Shown piece by piece: positions 45,273 through 55,300 of a stretch of 64,000 nucleotides of DNA; the first letter of the stretch is position 1, and the number at the start of each line of letters is the position of its first letter. The position numbers and the translations under genes were made by a program. The stretch comes from Sminthopsis crassicaudata (Eukaryota). The notes beneath the pieces are model-generated. The model ran no database searches. It saw only the letters and a list, made by a program, of their open reading frames with translations, and was not told the DNA's origin. The stretch covers positions 476,254,865 to 476,318,864 of the forward strand of contig NC_133620.1 of assembly GCF_048593235.1 (NCBI RefSeq). Direction: 5' to 3'.

Positions 45273-45830
45273 CACACATGCACACGCGCACCCACACACA
45301 AGCGCGCACACGCACACACATGCGCGTACACGCACACACGCACGCACACAGAGCTGGAGCACCTTTACACGTCAGCTGGAGGAGAACGCTCCGTTACAGA
45401 TGGGCCCAGAGGGGGGTCCCCGCTCTGCGGCAGAGTCAGGGCTTGGCGCCTCTACCTGAGGGCCGGGGCTCTTTGTGCCTCAGTTCTTCGCCATCCGCAG
45501 CCTGTGTCCGTGGGTCACCCACCGGGAGCCGAGGTGATGGAGAGCCCGGGGCTGGGCCCTGCTGGGCGTGTGCGCAGTGTGGCCCGTGTCTGCACTCCCG
45601 TGTGCTTTGCTCACTTTCACATGTTTTGTGCTCACGTGTGCACCAGCATGTTCTGTGCGTGTGGTCGCACGCCCGTGGTCATGTTTGCGTGTTTTATACT
45701 CACATATGCACGTGCTCATGCGTGTTTTAATTCACGTGTGCAGTCACGTGTGCTCGTGTTCAAGTTTGCGTGAGCACTACCTTAGGCCACACGCGTGCTT
45801 GCATTCTTGTGCGCATGCGCGCCCGTGGGC
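45273..45830. repeat. Alternating purine-pyrimidine (CA/CG/TG) low-complexity tracts
   Basis: CACACATGCACACGCGCAC...GCACGCACACA at 45273-45350 and a TG/CACGTG-rich tract at ~45590-45830. Confidence 0.8.
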
Positions 45831-46283
45831 CTCCCCCCCCCATCCCAGAGCAGGACCCTGCGCTCTGGAGAAAACTAAGGCAGAACCTGAGGGGGGAAGG
45901 GGTCGCGTCTGTCACAGGCGGCACCTACAGGCCCCGCCCCCTCAAGACAAATGGGGAAATGGCGGCCCCGGAACGGCAAGCGACCCCCCTCCCCCCCGCC
46001 AAGCGCTCCTACACCGGGTTAAAGGCAAAGAGGCGGAGGCAGCCTCGGACTTCCAAGAGACCACCGCACGCATGCACGGGGAGCCCTCAGGGGAGGAGCA
46101 AGGAGCACTACCTCTAGAATCCGGAAGCAATGGAGCGATCTGCGCAAGTGCTTTAAGACTTCCGGGCACGTGGGATCCTTGGAAAACTCGGGCATAAGGA
46201 GGCGTCGTGGGTGGAGTCTTCTCCAGAGGCCCCGCCCCTCGGCCCACGCCTGCGCAGTTGCCCCTCAGGAGAACGGGGCAAGG
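45800..46283 (+). promoter_or_regulatory. PRMT2: Candidate PRMT2 promoter and non-coding exon 1
   Basis: NRF1-type TGCGCATGCGC 45810-45820, YY1-type AAATGGCGGC ~45957, ETS ACTTCCGG 46158-46165, E-box CACGTG 46167-46172, GC box 46230-46238. Donor AAGG|GTGAGT after 46283. Confidence 0.6.
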
Positions 46284-47299
46284 GTGAGTCTCCGCAGTTT
46301 CCTTATTTTGCTGCTGGGTGAAGAACGCTGCGGTAGGAGGGCAGCGGGGCCGCCGCGCCCGTGCCTCAGTTTCCCCGCCCGTGACTGGAGCGCTCCGGGA
46401 GAGGGCGGAAGCAGCTCAGGCCGGAGAGCGGGGCTGCCTCAGTTTCCTCATTTGTCAAGTGCCCAAGGTGGAGGAAATGCGGGGGATGGTGGGGGGTGGG
46501 GGGAGGGGGAGGGGCGCAAACGCGCTGGGCTTCCTGGGGCACTCCCGGCCCCTCTCTGGGCAGCCTCCATTTCCCTATTCAGTGCAGGGTGGGAACCCGG
46601 TATACAGTGGGCGCTGCATAAATGCCCATTGATGGACACTATACGAGAAACATTTTGAAGGGAGGGCGCCAGAGAGCCAGGGCCCGCCCTCCCGCAGCCT
46701 AGAGTCTAACTGGGGAAGGCAGGGGGAGCACCCAAGGGATGCTGTCTCCATGGCAACGATTTCCTCCCTGAGCCCTTCTGGCTCACAGACTGCCCCTCCC
46801 CCCCAGTTTCCCAGTCTGTCCAATGACGAGGTTGGACGGATGAAACTTGACCAGCATCGGGCCCCCCTCCCCCTCCCCCCTTGCCCTGAGCCCTGCAGAC
46901 TTACAGAAGTAGCCCCTAAGCTGTCTACACCTGCCGCTGGCCCTGAGGGCGTCTACACTGGCCTCTCTGCTGCTGGAGTGACAGGCCCGAGGGGCCTAAA
47001 GGGGCAGTTACCCCCCAGTGACCCCCTAGCCCGGCCGGCCCCTCACAGCCTCTCGCCAGCCCCGCCTCCCCTCCCAAAGGAGTGTTAGACCCACAGGGTG
47101 ACCCAGGCCCGGTCCCTGGCAACGAAACTCGCCCAGAGCCTCCCTGCCGAAGACCGGATGTCCGCGGCCGTGCAGGAGAAGTGGACAAAGGCCCGGCGCT
47201 GACCCCTCCCCGGTGTCCCTCCCCACCCCCCAGGCCGGGGCAGTCACTGTGAGGGAGCAAGGGTCGCCCGCTCCCTCCTGGCCCTGGTCAGAGCTGAAA

Positions 47300-47344
47300 G
47301 GCTTCGCTGCTGGAGGTTTCGCTGCTGGAGGCTTCGCTGCTGGA
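47300..47344. repeat. 15-bp tandem repeat x3 (GGYTTCGCTGCTGGA)
   Basis: Seen directly. Confidence 0.92.
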
Positions 47345-47767
47345 GGCCCCCAGACAGACGGGGATTCCCTGGCGGGGGGTCCCGCTCTTTGCCCGTCTGC
47401 TGTCCCCTGGCCCTCTCTACAGGGTGCCCACGAGGAGCCGGCTCTTCCTGCCCCGGCGGACGGGGCCCAGAGGGGCGTGGGGGCTGGGCTCCCCCGGGCG
47501 GGCAGGCGCTGTCTTCTTGGGGACCGCCTCCCCGTCAGCCAGCGCGGGTGCGAAGGAGGGACGGAGCGGGATCAGCCGCCGCTGCCCCGGCTCAGCCTGG
47601 GGGGCCCCGCAGGACTCCGGCCGGCGAGCACAGCTGACGCCCCTTTCCCGGCGCTCCCTGGAGAGCAGCACGTGCAGATGGGGGCTTTTTGGTGGGGGGA
47701 GGGGGCGGGGGCTCCCCCCGGCGTCAGAGCGGACTTCTGACCATCTCCCTCCCCCGGACAGGACACG

Positions 47768-47854
47768 ATGAGGCACGAAGACGACGACCCCAGGGATGAA
47801 GAGCCCCAGCAAGTCCCGGCGCCCCCCCACGGCGCAGCCCCGGGAGAGCCACAG
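47768..47854 (+). CDS. PRMT2: PRMT2 coding exon 1 (MRHEDDDP...GEPQ)
   Basis: Acceptor CCCGGACAG 6 nt before the ATG (A at -3), phase-0 donor GTGATT. Sequence is divergent, so this is the least certain exon. Confidence 0.7.
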
Positions 47855-50800
47855 GTGATTTGGGAGCCGGCCCTAAGGCTTCACCCGCAGCGCTCCTCTC
47901 GGCCCCCCCCTCCCCGTCCCCCCCGCCGAGGACGGCTGTCCCTGGGAAGTGGGCCTGGGGGGGCTCACCCCGATGACCTCCTGGGTCAGGGACAGAACCC
48001 GAGACCCCCCAGCCGGAGCTGTCTGGGGCGTGCCCGCACTTCCAGTTCCCCTTCGGCCCCAGCCCCAAAGGTCATTCTGGGAGGGGGCTTTCCGTTGTTC
48101 CGCTCGGCTCCGTGGATAAGGGACCCGATTGGCCAGTGCAGGGGCGAGGACCACGTGACTCGGGCACGCTGAGTCTGGTGGCGACAACGGCCGGAGAGGA
48201 CAATCAGTGGCAAGGACGTACACTGACATTTGGAGGGCCCCGGCGTGGGCGTCCTGACTGCCCTTCCCCCACTCTCAGGGCTGACCTCGTGCCAGGGGAC
48301 CAAGCGGTCAAAGACCTTGAACAGGGTCTCCGAGGGGAGGGCTCTGAGGTGCCCGTGCCCTGCTCGGCCGAGTCGTGGGGGGGGGACTCTGAAGCTGGAG
48401 CCGGCCTTCGGCACTAAAGCCACCGGAGAGCCAGCGGAGGGGCGGCTCGCGGCCCTTGGGGCTCAGGGCGGAGTGGACCGCACGTCCGGCCCACAGGACC
48501 ATGGCGGGAGAGCCGCCGCCGCCCCAGAAGCTGCCCTTGTCTGCCTCGGCCTTCCTCGAGGCATCCGGAAGCCCGCCGGTGGCGATCCAGAGGAGTGGGT
48601 CCAGCCGATGACCCGGAGCGCCTCGGCCACAGGGAGCGGGAGGGGGGCCACAGCCTGCCCTCTCCTTGGGGGGTCTCCGGGAACGGTGGCATTTGCCCAG
48701 TCTTTGTCCATGGACTGGGCCGGACGTGCCCGTCCTCTGGTCCCGGGAGAGCGACCCTGAGCGGGCACAGTCACTTATTGAGCATTTAGTAAGCACCACC
48801 TGGATGACACCGCTCAGAACGCCCGGGGGAAAATGTTTGCCCAGCCCCCCCACCTGACGGCCCTGGTTCTGTGCAGAGAGCGGGAGAGACCGAAGAAGAG
48901 AATGACGACGCAGAACCCGAGGAGGAGGACGCGGCCCCCGAGGAGTTTGTGGCCATCGCCGACTACACGGCCGCGGACGGGACGCAGGTAACGAGGGGCG
49001 CTTCCCTGGCAGGGCTGGGCGGGTCGGGACCTGTCTGTCTGAGCGGCTGGAAGGGTCCCGAGGGAGTGGGGCTGCCCTCTGCCAGGCTGGGGGGCAGGAG
49101 GGAGGAGGCCTGGGGCAGAAGCGGCCCCAACCACAACGGCCGCCGGGCCGCGCTCTGGAGATCTGGGGCTGCCAGCGGCGGCCGAGGGTCCTGAGACCCC
49201 CCCCCCCCACGGCCCCGCTGAGGTTTCCGGCCCGGCCCGCCGGGGCCCTCTCTGGGCTCACGCGGTCAGAGGCTGGCACTTGTAAGAGAATGACGGAGGG
49301 GCCCGAGGGGTCACAGGAGGGGCCGGTGGGCGGCCCCGTGCGGGGCCCCAAGGGGTGACGCTGGCCCGGGCAGCACGGGGGGAGACGCCGCCCCAGGCCC
49401 CGCCTCTTGTCTTCCAGCTCAGCTTCCGCAGGGGCGAGAAGGTGCTCGTGCTGAGGAGGGTGACGGGCCAGTGGTGGTGGGGCGAGCAGGGGGGTCACTG
49501 CGGCTACATCCCCGCCGGCTACATAGAGGAGGGCGCGGGGCTCGAGGACACCTGGCAGGACGAGGAGTACTTCGGCAGCTACGGAACCCTGGTAGCGGTC
49601 CTGGCGGGGGGAGGGGAGGCTCGGGGCGGGGCTCGGGGGGTCTCCGGAGGCCGGCCCTGACGGCCCCCCGCCCGCCCCCTCCAGAAGCTGCACTTGGAGA
49701 TGCTGTCGGACCAGCCGAGGATGGCCGCGTACCACCAGGTGATCCTGCGGCACCGCGATTTCCTGGAAGACAAAGTGGTTCTGGACGTGGGCTGCGGCAC
49801 GGGCATCCTGAGCCTCTTCTGCGCCCACGAGGCGCGGCCCCGGGCGGTGAGCGCAGCCCCCTCCCCCGCCCCGGCCCACCCTCGCCCGGCTCGCGGGGGC
49901 TGGGCCGCAGGTCGGGGGGCAGCGGGCAGACCCGAGGGGCCCGGGCGGGGGAAGGGCGAGGTAGGAGCGAGGGGGCCTCTCGGTGCCCGCAGGTCTACGC
50001 CGTGGAGGCCAGCGAGATGGCGCAGCACACCGAGCAGCTGGTGGCGAGCAACGGCTTCGCCGACAAGATCACCGTCTTCGGGGAGAAGGTGGAGGAAGTG
50101 GAGCTGCCGGGGAAGGTGGACGTGCTGGTCTCCGAGTGGATGGGCACCTGCCTGCTGGTGAGGGCGGGGCCGGGGAGGGGAGGGGCGCGGGGGCCTCTGG
50201 GAGCAGCCTGGCCGGCCGGCCTCAGAGACCCCTCCGGGAGCCAGGGCGAGGGGGCAGGGGCCGGGCAGAGGTGTCAGGTCCTTCCCCCCGGCCTCGGCCC
50301 CCTCCTCCGTCCGCAGTTTGAGTTCATGATCGAGTCGGTGATTTTCGCGCGGGACAAGTGGCTGTCCCCGGACGGCGTCATCTGGCCGACCACGGCCGCC
50401 ATCCACGTGGCCCCCTGCAGCGCGGAGGAGGACTACGGCCACAAAGTCCTCTTCTGGGACAAGGCCTACGAGTTGGACCTCAGCTCGCTGAGGTGAGTCC
50501 CCGGGGAGCACGGCCGGACGCCGGAGGGGGCGGGGGCGGGCCCCCGGGCGCAGTCACGGGACGGATGCGGCCCCTTCTTCCCCACGACAGATCCTTGGCC
50601 ATCCGCGAGTTTCTCGCCAAGCCCAAGTACAACCACGTCCTGGAGCCCGGGGAGTGTCTCTCGGAGCCGCGCCCCATCTTCCAGCTGGACATGAGGACCG
50701 TGCGGATCTCCGACCTCGAGGTGAGGGGCCCCGGCCCCCCCGCCTCCCCCGCCAGGCGCATGGCGGGCTTGGGGCCCTGGCCCGGACCCAGGGACGCGGC

Positions 50801-52656
50801 AGCACGCGGCCCTTCCGCAGGCTCTCCCCCGGCCAGGTGGGCCCCGAGCTTCCTGTCTCCGGACGCTCCCACGGACAAAGCGGGACCCGGGCTGGAAGCT
50901 CTGTGCTCCGAGGACTTTGGGCGCGTCCGCCGCGGTCCGGGGGCTCCCGGGTAACCGGAGCCCAGAGCACAGGATGGATTCGTGCGGCCTGAGGGCCGGG
51001 CCAGGGGAGGCTGACCCCCAGGGAGGCTGACCCCCAGGGGAGCCTGACCCCCAGGGGAGGCTGACCGCCAGGGGAGCCTGACCCCCAGGGGAGGCTGACC
51101 GCCAGGGGAGGCTGACCGCCAGGGGAGCCTAACCCCCAGGGGAGGCTGACCCCCAGGGGAGGCTGACCGCCAGGGGAGGCTGACCCCCAGGGAGGCTGAC
51201 CCCCAGGGGAGGCTGACCGCCAGGGGAGGCTGACCCCCAGGGAGGCTGACCGCCAGGGGAGGCTGACCCCCAGGGAGGCTGACCCCCAGGGGAGGCTGAC
51301 CGCCAGGGGAGGCTGACCCCCAGGGAGGCTGACCCCCAGAGGAGGCTGACCCCCAGGGGAGGCTGACCCCCAGGGGAGGCTGACCCCCAGGGGAGGCTGA
51401 CCGCCAGAGGCCAGGCAGCTTTGGAGTGGCTCTGCCCGGCCCGGGACCACAACGTTGGGGAAGGGCTCTGGGTCCTCCCCTTGCCCACCAGACTCTGGGC
51501 CTCTCCTGGTCCTCAGCTGGATGGTCCGGGCCCGACTCCCTGCCCAGCCCGGCCGTGGGGGTCTTGTTCCGAGCAGCCCCCCCTCCTTCCCTGGGTGACC
51601 CCCCCGCCCTCCCCCCACAGAGGATGAAGGGCGAGCTGTGCTTCTGCATCCAGAGGTCCGGGACCCTGCACGGCTTCTCCGCCTGGTTCAGCGTCGAGTT
51701 CTGGGGCCCGGGGGGAAGCGGACCACAGCTGGTGCTGAGCACGGGCCCCTGGGACCCGTAAGTGGGCGGGGCCGCGGGCAGGGAGGAGGGAGTGAGAGCC
51801 TGGGGGAGACGGAAGCTAGAACTCTAACATATGGAGCTAATTGGGAGCACCTATTGAGTGCCTACTGTGTACAAGGCCCTTGGCAGGAGGAGGGAGGGTC
51901 ACCAAGAGGCTGGTCTCGGACCCCTCTGAATGCAGGCTCCGGCGCCCCTGCCCCCCTGCCTCGGCCCCCACGGCCGCCACTCCCCCACGAGGGGGACCCC
52001 TCTCTGGGCGCTGAGCCCCGCTCCTTTGCTCCCAGCACCACGCACTGGAAGCAGACCTTGTTCATGCTGGACGAGCCTCTGGCCGTGCACGCCGGGGACG
52101 TGCTCGCCGGCTCCATGCTGCTGCAGAGGAACCCGGTGTGGAGGAGGCACCTGTCCGTCACCCTGAGCTGGACCATCACCTCCCAACAGGACCCCAGCTC
52201 TCCAAAGGTACTGAGGGGGCCCTCGGCAGCGCACCGGCCCCCCCACGGCTCCCGCATCGAGTGCCCGGCCTCTGCTCTGGCGACGAAGAAGCCCAGAGCC
52301 CCCCCAGGAGGTGGGAGCCCCCAAGGCCAAGGGTCGGTCCAGGCTCGGGCGCGTTTGGCTCGTGTGGGGCCGGGCCAGCCCAGGGGGCTTTTCCCCAGAG
52401 ACTCGGGCAGCCGTGATGGGAGGGGGCTCCCCCAGACGCGAGTGGAGCCTGAGACCACTGTCGGCCCCCCGGGTGCCACCTTCCCGCCCAGCCTCCAGGG
52501 GGATGTTCAGAGGGCAGACAAGAGGCCCCGGGGGGATCCAGGAAGAACCGGCTTCCTCTGAGCGCGGCCCGGAGCCAGCTGGGGAGAAGCCGCATTTCAT
52601 GCCTTTTCCCCATTCTGTTGCAGGTTGGAGAGAAAACCTTCCCCATCTGGAGATGA
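47768..52656 (+). CDS. PRMT2: Protein arginine N-methyltransferase 2, 10 coding exons, 448 aa
   Basis: Exons 47768-47854, 48877-48987, 49418-49591, 49685-49846, 49993-50157, 50317-50492, 50591-50720, 51621-51757, 52036-52207, 52624-52656 total 1347 nt, all GT-AG. N-terminal SH3 domain (diagnostic for PRMT2), motif [10 protein letters not shown], post-I VYAVE, double-E loop [15 protein letters not shown] loop, C-terminus [10 protein letters not shown]. Confidence 0.96.
48877..48987 (+). CDS. PRMT2: PRMT2 coding exon 2 (...[10 protein letters not shown]...TQ)
   Basis: Start of the SH3 domain. AG/GT flanks. Confidence 0.92.
49418..49591 (+). CDS. PRMT2: PRMT2 coding exon 3 (LSFRRGEK...WWWG...GYIP...EYFGSYGTL)
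   Basis: SH3 core. AG/GT flanks. Confidence 0.96.
49685..49846 (+). CDS. PRMT2: PRMT2 coding exon 4 (KLHLEML...VLDVGCGTG...)
   Basis: SAM-binding motif I. Confidence 0.97.
49993..50157 (+). CDS. PRMT2: PRMT2 coding exon 5 (VYAVEAS...SEWMGTCLL)
   Basis: Post-I motif and motif II. Confidence 0.97.
50317..50492 (+). CDS. PRMT2: PRMT2 coding exon 6 (FEFMIES...LSSLR)
   Basis: Second Glu of the double-E loop. Phase-2 donor GTGAGT. Confidence 0.97.
50591..50720 (+). CDS. PRMT2: PRMT2 coding exon 7 (SLAIREF...ISDLE)
   Basis: AG/GT flanks, frame consistent. Confidence 0.96.
51001..51407. repeat. GC-rich 16/17-bp minisatellite, ~24 copies, in a PRMT2 intron
   Basis: Unit CCAGGG(G)AG(G/C)CTGACC(C/G). 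I counted 24 CTGACC/CTAACC cores. Confidence 0.97.
51621..51757 (+). CDS. PRMT2: PRMT2 coding exon 8 (RMKGEL...LSTGPWDP)
   Basis: HGFSAWFSV beta-barrel motif. Donor GTAAGT. Confidence 0.96.
52036..52207 (+). CDS. PRMT2: PRMT2 coding exon 9 (TTHWKQTLF...SSPK)
   Basis: THW loop. Confidence 0.96.
52624..52656 (+). CDS. PRMT2: PRMT2 last coding exon ([10 protein letters not shown])
   Basis: Acceptor TCTGTTGCAG. Conserved C-terminus ending in TGA. Confidence 0.95.
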   Translation, partial: VGEKTFPIWR

Positions 52657-53656
52657 TCATCTGCGGGGGCCGGGCCGGCAGGTGGGTGACGATGGGGCGG
52701 CCTCCTCCTCCCCCCTCACGGCCCCAGCAGCAGAATGGAACGGGCAACACCCATTTCACAGGTGAGAAGGCCGAGGCTGCGAAGGTGAAGGGGCTCGCCC
52801 TGGCCCCGCAGACTGCCCGTCATGGCCAAGGACGGGCGCTCCGGCCTTCTGCCCTTGTTCTTCATCGAGCTCCTCTTGGGGACCACGACTCAGGCCCCCC
52901 CCCCCCCCCCGACCCTGACCTGGCTCAGCCTCCCAAAGGGAAGGAAGCCCGGCTTCCAAACATGTCCAGGAAGCGCCTTTTGCCTTACTGAGCATGTGCA
53001 GGCCTAGGGACCGGTGCCCGGGGACCCGGGCCAGTCTTCCCTTGGCTCTCGGCCCACTCCCCCCCCCCCCCCGCCCGGGCAGCAAAGCCCTTCAGAATCC
53101 CCCTTTTCACTGCTTCCAACCCAGTCCGCGGGCGCAGAGGGGCACCGGAGGGGTCCGAAAGCAGCAAGCTCAGAACGGCCAGGGGCTCGGGCCTGAGGGC
53201 GCAGGGAAGGGGAACAGTGACCTCAGGTGGCCACTCTTGGCCTCCCAGCAACCCCGAGGCACCTGCCGGACAGAGGAGGGGGCCAAGGCCTGGTGTGGGG
53301 GCCCTGCCAGGGCCAGGAAGAAGCCCGCGGGGCTGTTCTCCCCGATCCCAGAGAGTGTGAGGGCGGAACCCCAGCTTCCGGCCATCTTTAAACGGCCCTG
53401 GTGCCAGGACGTGCCCCCCCCAGGGAGCCCCCAAACCGTTTTCTGCTGCTGCAGATCTTGCCTGAGCTCTTCCCAGCGCTGAGCGTCGCACTCTCCCCCC
53501 AGTGGCGGCTTCTGCTGCCTCGAGCTGATTCTGCGCCCACCCCCCATCTTCCTGTAAGGGGCTGCTCTCCAGACCCTCCTTGTCACCCTTTGCTCTCCTG
53601 ACCCCTTCCTATTTGTCTCCAGGTGCCCATTTTACCCCGTAGTTTGTAACCTCCTA

Positions 53657-53662
53657 AATAAA
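53657..53662 (+). terminator. PRMT2: Candidate PRMT2 poly(A) signal
   Basis: AATAAA about 1 kb after the stop. I saw no earlier canonical signal. Confidence 0.65.
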
Positions 53663-54079
53663 CCTTCCTTTTGGCAAAGAGAATGGCCATCGTGGGTCTG
53701 TCACATGTTTGTACTTCCAACTCTCCGACCTCTTCAGCAGGACTTGAACCCGGAGCTTCTGACTTCAGATCAGCGATCTACCCTGTCCCTCTCAAACCCC
53801 AGAGGTTGGAGGGCCTGGGGGAGGGGCTCCGGGGGGGGGCAGAGCCCCCGTGCATCCTTCAATGCCGCAGAATCCGGTCAGAGCTGAGGGACTTGGGGAC
53901 CACGTGGCCACGGGCGAGGCCCTTATCCCCTCGGCCTCAGTTTCCCCACTGAAAGGAAGGGGCCGGACTGCGCGGCAACACTACGAACCCTCTTCTTTCC
54001 CAAATGAGGAAACGGGGGAGGCGTCTGTGGACGCGCCGCTGGACTCCAATCCTCACCACGCCTGGCACTGACGTGGACG

Positions 54080-54300
54080 GGCAGCGAGGTGCCGTGGGCA
54101 GTGCCCTGGGCCTGGAGTCAGGGAACTTGAGTCCGCACCAGCTGGTGATCCTGGGCACTGCGCCCTGCTTGTCTCCGTCTCCTCATCGTAAAATGAGCTG
54201 GAGAAGGAGCTCCCCCCACCATGTGCCAAGAGAACCCAAGGGGCCTGGGGTGATGACGGAGACGGCCCCGACGTGGCTGAGACACCCCATGTAGCCCCTC
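54080..54300 (+). mobile_element. Diverged MAR1/MIR-type SINE
   Basis: GGGCAGCGAGGTG...CCCTGGGCCTGGAGTCAGG head, CTCATCGTAAAATGAGCTGGAGAAGGA core and tail. Confidence 0.65.
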
Positions 54301-54309
54301 CTTTTTCAC

Positions 54310-55300
54310 TGGGTCAGTTCTACTTTTAAAGGAGGTGTTTTCTAAGTCCATTTTTTTTTTCATTTTGTCAAATCCATAAGAAGTTTTCATCAATTTTTGT
54401 ACTTCCATTTTGAAGCTGCTGACTCCCCCCCCCCAATAATCCTCCTGCATAGCTCTTCTCCCCCCCCCCTATTTTTCTACTTGATTCTGAAATCCTTTTT
54501 GAGCTTTTCCAAGAGACTCTTGAGCTTGGGACCAGTTCCGATGCGCCTTTGAGGCTCCGCCTGTAGGCATTCTGTCACCGCTCGCCGTGTCGCGGTCTTC
54601 CCTGAAGCCACGGTGACCTTCTGTGGTCAGGGCTTTTTGCTGCTCATTTTTCATTTTATCAGAAAAATTTAACATTAATTAATTGCATTTTTTAACATTT
54701 TACTTTTCAGAGCAAACAAGGCTCTAGCCAGTGCCCCATAATTGTCCTGTTTTTGCTCACTTTTAAAGCCGAGCGCTGCTCCTCGGGCTCTCCGCGCCAG
54801 GGCTGGCCGCGCCGGCAGTTCCGCCGCCGTGCGGGGTTGGCCTGGCCCGATCGAGCCTGCTGGGCCGGGGCTGGAGGCCTCCCAGCGGGCCCGCGGAGCC
54901 GGGACCAAGGAGCCTCCGCTGCCGGTCTGTGCAGCTTAGAGCTTCCTGCTCCCCTTTTACCCAAGTCAGAGGGCCCTCTCCTCGTGGCTCCCAAGCTATT
55001 TCAGGCTGAAAAATGGTTTCGCTCTTGCTTTTTGTAGTTCCGTTGCTCCAGGATCCCTTCAGAGGCTCGACTGGGTCTTTGTGAGAAACTGGGAGAGGTG
55101 ACCCTGTTCTTGGGATCCTCGCGAGACGTCGCCGTTGTGGCGAAGGCTCTTTGCTTAAGTTGTATTGGATATTTCCCAGCAAGGCTGCTGAATCCTACGG
55201 CTCTTCCCCCGAGCTCAATAGCTGAGAGTCTCTTGTACCATTTCTTGAGAAAAAAGGAGTTCAGATTTCTTCCCAGTTTCTCCTCGGAGAGCCATCCCAT
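54310..55300 (-). mobile_element. Old L1 5' fragment (5'UTR and ORF1 N-terminus)
   Basis: Minus-strand frames QQKALTTEG...TGGASK..NWSQAQ...FQNQVEK and EVQKL...ENTSFKSR resemble the marsupial L1 ORF1p N-terminus and coiled coil. A GC-rich UTR-like region precedes them. Boundaries approximate. Confidence 0.65.

Noticed and set aside
46750-47088. ORF starting MAT..., like human PRMT2 MATSG, as the PRMT2 start
   Set aside because: No further similarity and no suitable donor. The ATG is the centre of an X-box. The 47768 ATG has acceptor, Kozak and phase support.
50480-51742. Repetitive 420/354-aa ORFs or a CRISPR-like array
   Set aside because: They are translations of the minisatellite. Units are contiguous with no unique spacers, and the context is a eukaryotic intron.
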